Assembly: GCF_006345805.1 (NCBI RefSeq)
Contig: NC_043009.1
Coordinates: 64,294,001 to 64,358,000, forward strand
Origin: Octopus sinensis
Lineage: Eukaryota
DNA: 64,000 nucleotides
Direction: 5' to 3'
A program made the translations under genes and the position numbers. Below the pieces are notes generated by a model. The model was not told the origin of the DNA. It was given only the letters and a program-made list of their open reading frames with translations, and searched no databases. Below, piece after piece: positions 40,098 through 53,771 of this stretch (position 1 is the first letter of the stretch; each line of letters opens with the position of its first letter).

Positions 40098-40493
40098 TTG
40101 TATTTCGGGACGGTCATTTTTTTTTTTTACCAAATAAACACACGCACCATATATTCGTTCTTCACTCGTTTATTATTGTTCTTATTTTAACCCATGTCCA
40201 TTGTCCGGAAATCTTTCGTCACACATTTGTGACCTCTTCAACGACACTTTACCTCCTCGTGTGTGCCCCTGCTCCGCTTTAGTATTCTATACAAGAACAG
40301 AATGGATTAAGCGGAGCAGGTGCACACACGAGGACAAGAAAATATCGCTGAAGAGGTCACAGATGTGTGATAAAATATTTCCGGACAATGGACAAGGGTT
40401 AAAATAAGAACAATTATAAATGGGTGAAGAGCGAATATATAGTTCGTGTGTTCGTGTGTTTTGGCAAAAAAACATGACCATCCCGACATACAA
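40098..40493. mobile_element. Fold-back MITE with ~185-bp inverted arms
   Basis: 40098-40280 is the reverse complement of 40307-40493 with scattered mismatches. The ORF track shows near-identical peptides on opposite strands here. Confidence 0.85.
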
Positions 40494-42854
40494 CAATGGT
40501 TGGAGAATACCTAACTTATACAATGTTAATATGGTAATGTGCGCTGACCTGACAACAAACAGTAATTCGCTCTTCCAAATTTGGGCCATACTATACTCTT
40601 CCTTCTATTAAATGACTTCTTCCCAGATCATTTCCTTACATCTCTTCACCCCTTTGTAACATGCCTTCCCCCTTTCTCTATTTAAAACGCATCTTTCTAA
40701 ATTTTTTCCCTCCCTTTCATAGGCGCAGGAGTGGCTGTGTGGTAAGTAGCTTGCTTACCAACCACATGGTTCCGTGTTCAGTCCCACTGCGTGGCACTTT
40801 GGGCAAGTGTCTTCTACTATAGCCTCGGGCCGACCAAAGCCTTGTGAGTGGATTTGGTAGACGCAAAATGAAAGAAGCCCGTCGTATATATGTATATATG
40901 TATATATATGTGTATGAGTGTTTGTGTGTCTGTGTTTGTTCCCCCCAACATCGCTTGACAACTGATGCTGGTGTGATTACGTCCCCGTAAATAGCGGTTC
41001 AGCAAAAGAAACCGATCGAATAAGTACTAGGCTTACACAGAATAAGTCCTGGGGTCAATTTGCTCGACTAAAGCCGGTGCTCTAGCATGGCCGCAGTCAA
41101 ATGACTGAAACAAGTAAAAGAGTAAAAGAGTAAATATATAGTAGAGGAAAGAAGATGAGCTGTGAACTTTATTCTCCTGTCTGTCTTCTCTCCACTGTTT
41201 TACTCTGAATCCTTCTATATTCTATTTTATTCCTTTGTACACTGTGCGTTCTCTATCTTGAACTTTCCTACAAACTTACCTTGTCTCTGATGACGGAATA
41301 CCCAGTGTATGGAGATGCTAACCTATCAATTGGGATATCCAAAGATTAATTAATTGATTAATTAATTAGGTAATTAATTAATTACTTCAAAGTCACCTTA
41401 CCCTAATTAAATATTCTAAATGACTTGAGGTACTCGTCTTGCCTTGGTTTCGTCGTCCTTTGTCCTCTAATGTATACCTGCCAACTCGGAAGCCTACTAC
41501 GGATCCCTCGCTCCAGCCTCAGCTGTGAACTTGGAACTAACGGATGACCAATTATAGCACTTACATAGCGTACCTATTCGTTTAGATCACCAGTGAACTA
41601 AATCCCTCAAATTCCTTAATATATACATATATAAACCTGTGTGTGTGTGTACTTTCGGGTTCTGTGGTTTTTGTCAGTATTTTATCTTCCTCCTCTTCCT
41701 AGTCTCTTCTACACTTTTCTCCAATATTCGACGAATATTTCTCTTCTGTGGAATTTACCAGATTCGAATCACAGTTGTCTTTTCCCTGTGCAGAATTGTC
41801 AGTTTCTTGTACTCTATGGATATCCTAGCAAACTCTCGGGACGTTTTTACCAGTGTTTAAGTTTTTACAAATTGTTTTTACTTTTCCTCTCTACAGAGAT
41901 TTCACACATTTTCTCTTTTTTATTCTGCTTTTCATATCTTAGTCCAAACTTTTCCACTTTGTTAAGATGCGTTTCACACTCATTGCTCTTGCTATCCTGA
42001 TTGCTTCAGTAATATTGAATATTAGTTATAAGTTTTTAAATCATACTTTACTTGTATTTTCCAGCTGCTCTTTTTGTCAACCGCTTACATTTGGTCGAAT
42101 TAAAAATGCTTAAGTGGTGTTATTTGAAGCTATATGAAAGTTCTCGACCATTCAGTTTTGATTGCATTGAATGAAACTTCACCAATAAATAGACTTTATA
42201 AAAATACGTGGAGGGAAAGAAATCCAGTAGGAAATGGCATCAATTTCGAGAAGTCATGCGGCTGACTAGGAATAAATGAAGCAGCTTAGAATTCTAAATG
42301 AATTACAGCTGATTATTTAGTTGAATAAAACAATTGGTGACTTTCAAAGAAAAACCGATTGCCTAATTTCAAGCAAATACGTGTTAATTATATTGAATAT
42401 GTATGCTTCTAGATTTATCTCTGCTAGGCATTAAGTTGTTAGCTACCGTTCATATCGATCATAATCGCTTTTCTCAACATATTCTTTTCATATTTGCTCG
42501 ATCAGTTGACATGGATGTTTGCAAGTATATAAAAAGGAAAGAACTATGAGCAGTTAGACTTCGGGAATTTGAATAACAGTATCTAACCAACCTACTTACG
42601 TCACCTCTCATTTCTTTTCCGGTGAACTCTTCATAGAAACTACATTTATTTTCTCATAGCACTCGTAATTCCGTAATTCCTGCATTTTAAATTGGCTTTG
42701 GTAACGATTTCTCTTTGAGGGAGTAAAAAAAAAAAGACAATTATCTATGTTTCCTGCTTATTAGTTAAGCCCTCATATTTTCGACAAAGCACGATACGTA
42801 TTTATGCGTATCGAGAAACAAACAATTTTCAACAATGGAGTAAAGACTACGTAC

Positions 42855-43228
42855 CTCAGATACAATAGATGAGATTTCATTAGTATAGAACTTTCGACCA
42901 TATTTACACGTTTCCATTGTAGAATTAATTGTGGGTAGGACATAGACTCCTTCTTCAGAAACCAGTTTATACACAGAACATCTCTCCTCTTCTACAGTTA
43001 CTTCATTTAGGAACTCATCCAAGGTGATGTTTGGTGGAATCATGGATTCGTTGAAATTCGAAGGATAACAAGCAAAAGGAACCTTCTCTCGTATAAACAC
43101 CATCGTTAAAAGTGAATGACCATAAAATATTATAAATATCCCAATTAAGAAAGTTAGTTTCTTTTGAAATAAACCATATCCACCACATTGTATTAATATT
43201 TCCTCGGTAATTTCAGAAATTGACAAAC
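42855..43228 (-). CDS. SLC22-like gene A exon 2 (TM1 and large extracellular loop)
   Basis: ataatttag| ... GAG|gtacgt, 374 nt. Reads LSISEITEEILIQCGGYGLFQKK...ISSIVSE, with three of the four loop cysteines and N-glycosylation sequons NES, NIT and NST. Confidence 0.95.
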
Positions 43229-43677
43229 CTAAATTATAAATAAAACAAAATTCATTTCAGTTATTGATTTCTAGACATTCACCACTTAATGTTTCTCAAT
43301 GAAGGGAAAATGAGTTCGATTCATCGAAACCCTAACACATCAAGGCATTTTACAGAAAGACATATAGTCGATTGAGTAGAGACATTGAATCGGGGCTAGA
43401 CTATAACTGGTTTCTGAACCATATTTTTATCATCGCAAGAAGGATGAAAAGTGAAATCCAATCTGGTGCAGCAATTTCGGATTACCCAAACATTTAGCTC
43501 AGCAGCCAGCAGATTGAAACCCCGTTCAGATTACCAGGGATTACGATGAAATCGATTTCAAATTACCCCTTCGCTACTCACATCACCCCGCTTTCTTATA
43601 AATTCTAACGCTTACAACCTGTAACATGTTTATAGCATTACGCACGTGTAACAATCAAGATTAAAGACAAAATGTAA

Positions 43678-43740
<63 letters not shown>

Positions 43741-43889
43741 CTCTCTCTCTCTCTCTAGCATACACACAAAAGCGTTTCAAATGCAGTCAAAATATATATT
43801 TTACCAAACAAACTATATTAATACACATAAACTCTAAAAACTAAATATTTAAAAAAATCATTTCTTCAGGTGTAATGTCCAGAATGTAA

Positions 43890-44140
43890 TCATGTCCTAT
43901 CACAGATCTCTGTTCTTTGTTTTCTTCAACAGTTCCACTTCTTCCTGATGTTTAATGCATCTTTCTTTCAACTAATTCCTCAAGCTTCACGTCCATATCA
44001 TCCTCCCCCTTCCTCTGCTTCATTTCCCTTCAATCTTTCCAGTCACCACTAAACTCTTCAGGCCCTCTCTCCTCATTACATCACCAAGAAATCTCAGTTT
44101 CTCTATGAAGCAACTTCCTATTTACTGCAGCCCAGTTCAT
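43890..44140 (-). mobile_element. RTE-clade LINE 3' fragment
   Basis: KLRFLGDVMRREGLKSLVVTGKIEGK*SRGR. Confidence 0.75.
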
Positions 44141-45340
44141 CATTTCTAATAAAGAGATGACTCGATCTGCGGTAAATTGACAACTGCTTCGTGAGATAAG
44201 GGCAAAGCATAGAAACGGCACTTTAGAAGAATACCCCGTCATGTACCCTCTGCATGTCGTAAAAGGTGACTGAAAGGGGAAACAAAGCTGAAACAGGGAG
44301 CCGGATGCTGTTTTAGTGGAAAAAAAACGGGATTATTAAAAACGGCATCTCCCCAAGGGTGTTGTTGTAGTTGGAAGAGTTGAGGTCGTACTTAAAAGGC
44401 CTAGCTATGCCCTGCACCGGTCAGCAGCGGTGCAGTACAAGTGTCTCGGCTGATGATCTGATGATCCGTGATTGATGGGCAACGGCAGATCTTAATTAAG
44501 TGGCCTTCTGGTGCCCCTATTTGCGCCCATCACGTCGAGGTGAAGGCAACTGGATACCAATTCACTACTTTCCATATCCCAAGAACGATTTCAGATTTTT
44601 TATTATACAAAACATATACTAATAAATTTTAAATGCGAATGATTCAAATTAACCCTGGGAGTAAGTTGAAACCAATTTCATCATACCCATTACGATTTCA
44701 GAAAAAAACCTTTCCATATTTATTTTTAATGTTATTTGCATACCGGACAATATACCTTGCGGTATTTCGTCCATCTTTACGTTTTTAATCGACGTTGCCT
44801 TTCAGCCGTTTGGGGGCGATAATGTGGGGTCGATAAAATGAGCTGAGCATTGGGGTCGGTATAATCTACTAGGTCTCCCCCCCCCAACAAATTTCAGGTC
44901 GTGTGAAAGATTATTATCATTTGTATGATTTTCTCTCTGTAACTTATAATTGTTATAGCTACCAATAAGGATAATTTATAAATAGCGCCAGAAAATCAAG
45001 ATATCCTAGATCCAGACAAACGGCAGTGAGTGTTTTAAATGTATATGAATGAAAACATTTTGTTCGCATTAAAAAGGTATAAATATATTCATCTTTGTGT
45101 ATAAATATATCTATCGTTGTGTATAAATACATTTCGCTCGCATTTAAAGTGCGGTGGTATATTTTGTTTTGCATATAAATACATTTCGTTTGCATTTAAA
45201 GTGTATTAATAACACTGGGGTTGTTGTGCTTGAGTTACCCCCACCCCACAAAAAATTGCTGGGCTTGTGCCAAAATTTGAAACCTGTATATATATTGTTC
45301 ACATTTGAAATGTGTGTGTGTGTGTGTATATGTATATGTA

Positions 45341-45405
<65 letters not shown>

Positions 45406-45410
<5 letters not shown>

Positions 45411-45479
45411 TGGCAATTAATCTTAACTATACGTATATATATATATATATACGTATAGTTAAGATTAATTGCCAGCATA
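45406..45479. repeat. Perfect 74-bp palindrome centred on (TA)n
   Basis: tatgctggcaattaatcttaactatacg-(ta)n-cgtatagttaagattaattgccagcata, checked base by base. Confidence 0.95.
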
Positions 45480-47643
45480 GTGTAGCAGTCCTGTTTAGGA
45501 CGATTGTTACTGTTATTTAGCCGCAGAAAAAACATCGTCTCCAGGTGCCTATACGACACTCTAACTGCGTCCTTATATTTTCAAACAAGAGAGTTTATCA
45601 TCCCCACATAGCTCAAAGCAATATCTGCGTACCAATATCTGGTTTCTGTGTTATTTGTCTTCATCAGCACAGAATAACTGCTCGGCTAGAGATGGCGCCA
45701 CTAAACACTTGTTCGAAAATATATACTTTTCAAAATGACTAGGATTAAGGTCTAAGAAGTTAGTAATCTTTGAGCAATCCGTAGAAAGTATAAAAACAAC
45801 TTTCAGGAACAACAGTGATTTATTGGCGTAGAAGGGTGTGAATTTTCCCCATATCCCTACACTAGTTCCTATTTTCGTGAAAGTTAACAATGGGAAAGAC
45901 ATGGGAATGGAAAACAATGAAGCTAAACTTGTCGCTAAAAGAAATTCCTCTAACCAACAAAACCGAATATTTATATTGTGGGATCTCTTAAAGACAGTGT
46001 ATTCTTCATTTAATTCAGGCATCTCTGGCCTGAAGACTAGCTTGTGGTCTACTCCTCGTTTGGATAATTACTACTTTCGAGGTTCTGCCAGCTATGAAAC
46101 ATATGCAGCCTGGATTTTATCTACTTCATTCTGTAATTTTTGATTTACACACGCACACGTACACACACATGCACACGCACACACATGCACACGCACACAC
46201 ATCATTGCATTTTATCTATAACAATTTCAAAGTGAAATAACAGCTTTAAATTATTAGAAAGTAAAAAAAAACAACAAAAACAAATGCTTCCAATTGCAAA
46301 CAAATTATATATTTACACGCTTCAATTACAACGAAACAAATGGATAAATTCGTTTGTCTTAAAAAAATGTATTTTTACAGTTTTAAAGAATTTTAGTCGA
46401 CCGAACCGACCCGAGGTCTTTACCTTTAAGTCTGGTACTTATTTTATCGATTTTTTTTGCCGAACCTCTAAGTTACGGTGACATAGCAAACCAATGCCGG
46501 TTGCCAAGTAGTGGTAGACAAACACAGACACAAATACTCACTCACGCACTCACACATACGACGGGTTTCTTTTAGTTTCCTTCTTCCAAATCCACTCAGA
46601 AGGCTTTGGTCGGCCCAAGGCTATAGTAAAAGACACTTGCTCAAGGTGCCACACAGTGGGACTGAATTCTGAACCACTCGGTTGAGAAGCAAGCTTCTTA
46701 CCACGCAACCACACTTGCGCCCATACGTTTAAAAACCCAGTAATTTTTCATATTTGAAGATTAGCTTATAGTCTTGAATGTTACACGCGTGCAATGCTAT
46801 AAACATATTATGTGTTGCAGATGTTAACTTTTCTTATTTTAGCTAAACTAGAAAAGGCGGGGTATAATGGGAGTAGTGCAGGGGTAATTTGACATCGAGT
46901 TTAAATTACCGGGATGTAAATTGTCAGGGGAACTTTATGATTTTACACCGGCGGACGTGAATACTGCACGCAAAGAAGCATAGTAAAGTAAGGAAAACGA
47001 ATGTTCAATGGAACAGGCAAAGATAATATATAACGTGTAATTTCATGGATGGTTAAGTGACAAAGATGGTTAACACTTAAGTAAGTTACAAGTATTATTA
47101 TACCATGAATATCATATCTAAAATGAAAATGACAAAAAAACATAGGTTTTTCTAACATGTGTGTTATGTAGATTCCTGATTACGTTAACAATACAGAATT
47201 GTTCAGTAAGTGAGAGCAATATAGTATAGCATTAATTCAAAGACGAAATCCTTGCGTAAGCAATTTGTTTAATTTTTCTTTTCTTTTTACAGATTAGCAA
47301 GCAGCGCTGCTTTGTTGTAATATTTAGTGTAAATATGTTACAAATACATGATGTAACTGGAAACCCCATAATCTTATGCAATTTTGTACCATATTCGTTT
47401 CCTTGTTATTTATGTTTATAAAACGAGGTATTCAGTAGTGAAAGAGAATATAGTAATGAAACGATAAGAAGACGTTGAAAAATAGTTACTTAAAACATTC
47501 AGATAAAATAGCAGTAGAATTTAATCGTATGGCATTATGTAACACTTTTTAAAAATACGTAAACAAAGATACGAGGGCATAAATGCATTAAAACTAAGGG
47601 AAATGGTGTGAAAGAAAAAGAAAAGAAAAGAAACTATACAGGC

Positions 47644-47707
47644 CTTTGAGTTCCTGAGCAACAAATTGCTCGTTTTCTTTTATCTGATTACTTGACTTTT
47701 TCTCCAT
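47644..47707 (-). CDS. SLC22-like gene A exon 1 (start codon; GC donor)
   Basis: ATG at 47707 gives MEKKSSNQIKENEQFVAQELK+G, 64 nt. Phase 1 fits the GT that opens exon 2, and the exon is homologous to 19-82. The donor is the non-canonical AAG|GCCTGT. Confidence 0.65.
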
Positions 47708-48050
47708 GCTACGGATGGCAGTTTTGCTGTCAGTAACCGCACTGCACAGCGTCACCAAGAGGAATGTCTATGAAAGCAACATGAAGTATCTAATGACGTA
47801 TGACTGTGGTATGCAAAATGTTAATGTATGTATACACACACACGCACATACATACACACACATATACATATATATATATATATAGTCAAAGGTCCGTCGG
47901 TCAATTGCCTGTCTCTTTTTTCCACTCATCAGTTACAAAAAAAAGAGTTTGTTCACATAATGATGCAGTCACTTTGGCTTCCTAATACTATGATAAATTT
48001 GTCATTGCTTCCGGTGTATGCTGAGTTGTGCAATATATATATATAAATAC

Positions 48051-48134
<84 letters not shown>

Positions 48135-48202
48135 TATATAAATATATATATATATATTATATATATATATATATAAATATATATATATATACATATATAT
48201 AT

Positions 48203-48254
<52 letters not shown>

Positions 48255-49424
48255 GCATACATATACATATACATGCATACATATATGTATGTGTATATAT
48301 GTACATAGATAAATGTATGTATACACATATATAAAATGTACACATATTCACGTGTGTATATATATATATGTAGTTGTGTGTGTGTGTGCGTGTGTATTAG
48401 AGTATATAAATTTCCGTTAAAGCTTTTAAATTGTCGTAGCCTTATCTCTAATTATGTAAATTATCCGCAATATTTATTGAGCAATTTTTAAATAAGTCTT
48501 TTTTTTTCAGTAAATAGCTATTATTACAAGAACGAAAACTATAAATCTACTTAAAATGTCTGATATGTTGCAAATTGATTTCGGTGGTGGGAGGAGACAC
48601 GAAGATGAGGGAAAGATCAACGCAGATTGCAATCTCTGGCTCAAAACGTTCATGTTAAAAAAGATTCATCTTTATAATAGATGCTTTGGCCCAAAGTTTG
48701 AACTAGAGACAATGTAGATTCACTAACATCCTGAAGAGCAAGCTAAGAAAGCATTAATTAAGCACATGGCCTAGTGGTTAGAGCAGCGGACTCGCGGTCG
48801 AGGGATCGCGGGTTCGAATCTCAGACCGGGCGATGTGTGTGTTTATGAGCGAAACACCTATGATCCACGCGGCTCCGGCAGAAGGTAATGTCGAACGTCT
48901 GCTGACTCTTTCGCCACAACTTTCTCTCACTCTTTCCTCCTGCATCTTGCAGCTCATCTGCGACGGACCGGCGTCCCGTCTAGTTGGGGAACCTATACGC
49001 CAAGGAAACCGGTAAAACTGGCCCTTATGAGCCAGGCGTAGCTCGAGAAGGAACAAACCATATATTAAACTAAGTACTCAATGTTGAATGTAACAAAGAA
49101 ACAGATATGCACAAGAAAAAATTAAAGAAACAAAGAGAAACACAGGAAACTTCTAAAAGGTATTATAGTTGCTTTTAGTAATTTCATTCTTTATAATTTA
49201 GATGAACCAAATCAATGCAGTTGGAATTTGTCCTTTAAAATCAGAATTTAATTTCTGATATCCATGAAGAGTTTCTACATTTTCATTAGTGCCGTAATCT
49301 GGAACCATGTCGTTGGGAAGCAAGCTTCTTATTACACACGTCTGCACCTACACACACACACACACACACACCACACACACACACACACATATACATATCT
49401 TCATGGTGGTTGACTATTCTTCGT

Positions 49425-49925
49425 GCAGAGTTTGACCACCTCCTGTACCTACACCTTAGAACCATCATAGCATCTGATGTGGCTTTTTAAACCAGACAAT
49501 GTTTTGAAAACATACCCACATGGATTACATATCCGATTTGGACCACCAAGAGCTGCAATTAAGTTCTGATCTTTATGAATCTTAAAATGTCTTTTGAGAC
49601 CTCCGTTAGATTTACAGACCTTCTGCCATACGTGACACTGAAAGTTGTGCACAGAATTAGGCAGACTAGTTGGCCAAGGTTCGTTTTCCATGGGTTCGCA
49701 AATGAAATTTGAGACTAGCAAAAGAAAGGAATGCTCTATCACAAATTGTGCACACACAAAGGCTTTGTGATTCACCTTCTATGTCCTCTGGTTCCATTCC
49801 AAGGGACTTCATGGTAGTCCTTATGCCGTCCTTAAACCATTTTTTAGGTTTACATCGATAGCGTTTCTCCTCTGCAAGCTCATCATAAAACAACTGTTTG
49901 GGTGTGCGTTCATTCGCCATTCGAA
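49425..49925 (-). mobile_element. RTE-clade LINE 3' end with two C2H2 zinc-finger remnants
   Basis: RMANERTPKQLFYDEL..KRYRCKPKKWFKD, then FQCHVWQKVCKSNGGLKRHFKIH and ICNPCGYVFKTLSGLKSHIRC. Confidence 0.85.
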
Positions 49926-50635
49926 CAATATGGCCACACCATATCTCATATTTTCTTTCAAAATCATAGCTTTAATTGAGGTGATCCTTGCGAATGCAAA
50001 GATATCTATGTTTGGAGTAAAAGAACTCTATTTAACGTTTAAAATGCGATGAAGGTATATATATATATATATAGGGGGAAAGTAAGAAGAAAAATAAGCG
50101 AAAATGCACATTGGAAATCAATTTATCTCCATTGTCATGGAACCTCACCCCAATATAACAAAAACAAAACTTCTACCACAAACCCCAAAAATCCATTTGA
50201 TATAAATAAACAAGCTTTTTGTACGTTCACAAAATTCTGTTTGACAAATTCGAGAAACACACGAAAGCGCTAATAATAATGAATAAATACAAAGATTTTT
50301 TTCCAAAATTCTGGCGACCTTTTTTCTCAATATTCAATATCTTTACACCACACCTAACACTCTACACCCCCCACACTCAAGGATAATGTATCCAGGTCGA
50401 AACAGTTCAAGCACTCAGTTATAATCTAATTTATGGCTAACCACATCAAATAGTAAGGAACACTACGATTGGTTTAAGTAAGCAATCTCTATAAATTCCA
50501 TGGGTAAAACCTGGTTTCACTTCGCTCTATCATAAATAGTTTTCCTAGCGTATGTCCAAGACAATTACAATGAATACAGAATTGAGCACATCTGCATATT
50601 TTTTACTACTTCAGTCAGTTATACAGTATATTTGA

Positions 50636-51313
50636 GGCGTCTAGTAACAGACCGTCGTAAGCTCCACAATTTAAAAACGGAGAAAAACGCAAAGTTTCGC
50701 GACTTTCAGTATGCGATATCTCGGGAAGGAATGAAGTTGGGGAGCTGATTTTGGCCTTAAAATGATCGCGAAAACCCACTCTAATCATTTATTGTAGTAT
50801 GCATCTGAAAAATGAAACAGTGAATATACTGGTACTATGAAACGGTGTATTGCATTGAATATTTTAGTCATAATGCCTAGAAAAAATATAGAGACCCCCA
50901 CCCAAGGTATTGTTTGCGTTTTAATATAGAAAAGTAAGTATCTTTAAGAGGTAAGTAAGACAAGATAGTAAGATAATAGCCCAAGCCCATTATCGTTACT
51001 ATGGTAATGAAGAATATTAGAAAATGAGCTATAACACCTCAAAAAATGATACAGGAACCACACCAAAGTTATTGATGAGCGTGTTTGCTTACGATGGTGT
51101 GTTGCTAAACTTTCTGGTCTGAGTTTGGGTGAGCGAGGGTCGTGTCAATAGCATCGAGGTACAATTTTTCAGCCGCATTTTCGACCTTATTGTAGTATTC
51201 ATCAACGGTTCTTCCTCCCAACGTTTTCAGATTCTAGACGTCGGGTCAAAGAAAATGATATACTAACCTGGAAAATAGTCGGGGTGGCGCTTACGACACT
51301 GTTACTAAACGCC
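50636..51313. mobile_element. Non-autonomous TIR DNA transposon
   Basis: TIRs ggcgtctagtaacagaccgtcgtaagc / gcttacgacactgttactaaacgcc. Confidence 0.7.
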
Positions 51314-53563
51314 GTATTTGATTTAAATTAGTCCAATTTGATTTAAATTAGTATATGCTGTTGCATATACATGTCGGAAGTTCATTTGCACCCTGTTACA
51401 TTCATCTGATTAGTAGTCTATGCAATTTTATTCGTGGTTTGAAGCAAAGTAAGGCATGTAAGTTTAGCTAGCATTATGTTTGTTGGGGAACTATAGTTTT
51501 TGAGAGCAAAGCATGTGAGAGAAACCTTTTGAAACAAAATATGACCTTAAAAACTGTTATCAGGTTGACACTAGGATTGAATTTCGGACTATCAATACTA
51601 AATTCAAGATTATACTTTTCAACCAATAGTCTTAGACAGATTAGGAATTAATGAATTTCAGAGATACTGTGTAATTATAGGTCTCTAAATCAGATGTATC
51701 TGAAAGATATTAGATATGCAGAACTAACTTCAGTGGCGGGTCCTTATATAGCTATTTTTTTCTTTTTTTTTTACTTGTTTCAGTCATTTGACTGCGGCCA
51801 TGCTGGAGCACCGCCTTTAGTCGAGCAAATCGACCCCAGGACTTATTTTTTGTAAGCCCAGTACTTATTCTATCGGTCTCTTTTGCCGAACTGCTAAGTG
51901 ATGGGGACGTAAACACACCAGCATCGGTTGTCAAGCAACGCTAGAGGGACAAACACAGACACACACACAAACACACACACACATACATATATATATACAT
52001 ATACATATATACGACAGGCTTCTTTCAGTTTCCGTCTACCAAATCCACTCACAAGGCATTGGTCAGCCCGGGGCTATAGCAGAAGACACTTGCCCAAGAT
52101 GCCACGCAGTGGGACTGAACCCGGAACCATGTGGTTGGTTAGCATGCTACTTACCACACAGCCACTCGTGCTATATATAAGTAAAGTTTTAATTTACAAG
52201 TGGGTTTCGTTGTCCTGGATATGTCGTGTTTTCATACATGTAATTTTATGTTCGGAAGACACTAATTATTACTCGATTTAGGTAAACTAGATACTACGCG
52301 GTTTTTGCAACCCCTTCAAGATAGTCATAGCTATAAGGGGATCAAAGACGCCACCTACTTAGGCTAATGCTATAACCTTTGATCGTGTCAACAGCTGTAA
52401 AGTGACAATACTCAGTTCTTCGATTTGATCCTCTGTCGAGGTTTAAGATAATGGCCCACACTTAATTGGAATATGTTCATCGCCTCTGCTCTCCGTAAAG
52501 TTTTACATTATTATTGACGCAGAGATTTTGCGTACCTTTGCCTCTGATCGTGTACCTGGTTATGTGTACGCAGAACGGCATGGTTCTATTGGATTTACGC
52601 CACTCTATCGCCAAAATAATTCTGTAAGCTATGTCACCATCTTAAAAATCTCACGCTTCTAGCATTTTTTGTGTGCATACTTATAAATACACCTGCAAAA
52701 TCTTCATTCTCAATACCAAAACACGACGCCACATGCAAAACATTCTTTAAGATTCTAAACCTTAACAGAATCTTAAATCTTACTCTACAAGAAACTTTGT
52801 GAATGCAACAGTGATTTCTGTAGCCAAAAGGCGTGTGGTTCCCAATTTGTCAACTGCCGTCCGTAATATCACTTTACGTCCAACGTCTAGAACACCTATG
52901 TGTCCAGGCGACCTACAAGAAATAGCAGCCATGTTTTCCTCTTGTTTTACTCTTCTATCTTAGAAACAGAAAAAGAAAACATTGGACAACGTTCTTCAGG
53001 ATTACCTAAACTCGAAGGAATGATTGCCAGTTGTTATACCTTCGATCACATGCCTGCATATTCAGTGCTGAGCTGGAGTATAAACACTATCGCCACCGCC
53101 ACCACCCTCACCACCATCACCACCACCTGCACCAAAAACAACAACAAAAACAACACTAGTAAACAATCGCCTTCGTTACCATGGAACTAACGACTAACGG
53201 GGAGTCAAATACTTTGGAGATTTATTCAACTACTTAACATACAGGGAATTTATGACATTGAAATTATTTGAGACCAAAAATTAAATCGAGTTCGTATGTT
53301 CCACTGTTTTGATGCCCGTTCCATTCGAGAGGATTCCATTACAGCACTTAATCGCTTCCCAATGTCACCAGTTAGCTCGTCGCAGATTTTGTCCCCGCAT
53401 TGAAAGTCTGAGATTTGTACATTTGTAATAATAAAAAATAAATGTAACGAATAATTAGTAAATATCTAAACTAAAGCAACATATTGACGTAAATGTGATT
53501 TTAAATGTTTCGACATTTCACGTTTGTTTACATTAAACTCAAAAATCCTGCTTTTCTACAAAT

Positions 53564-53771
53564 CTACAAATTATCCATGTCTTCAAGTGTTTGAAGTAAA
53601 CAAGCATCCTTCGTTTCAGGAAGTAAAAGGACCAGCAAACCAGCAACAATTCCGAAGACTCCAAAGATGCTTAGCGGTATCCAAGAACCGTATACAGAAA
53701 GTCCAAGAATCGGTGCTGAAATGATACCACCAAATCGAGCAAATGATGAAGCTGCTCCGATGCCACCGTTG
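53564..53771 (-). CDS. SLC22-like gene B terminal exon (exon 9 equivalent)
   Basis: atatttcag|, 208 nt. Reads (R)NGGIGAASSFARFGGIISAP...LLPETKDACLLQTLEDMDNL*. Confidence 0.92.

Noticed and set aside
41287-41345. CTGATGA followed by a GGA.TA.CCCA/TGGG.ATA.TCC stem
   Set aside because: The required GAAA is replaced by AAAG and stems I and III cannot be built, so it is treated as a dead hammerhead remnant.
43224-43226. TTG start proposed by the ORF track for the SLC22 gene
   Set aside because: It lies 2 nt after a good splice acceptor, and an upstream ATG exon in the right phase explains the N-terminus better.
43605-43630. ATG TTA CAG GTT|GTAAGC as an alternative first exon for gene A
   Set aside because: It is phase 0 while exon 2 needs phase 1, and it lies inside a repeat-like segment.
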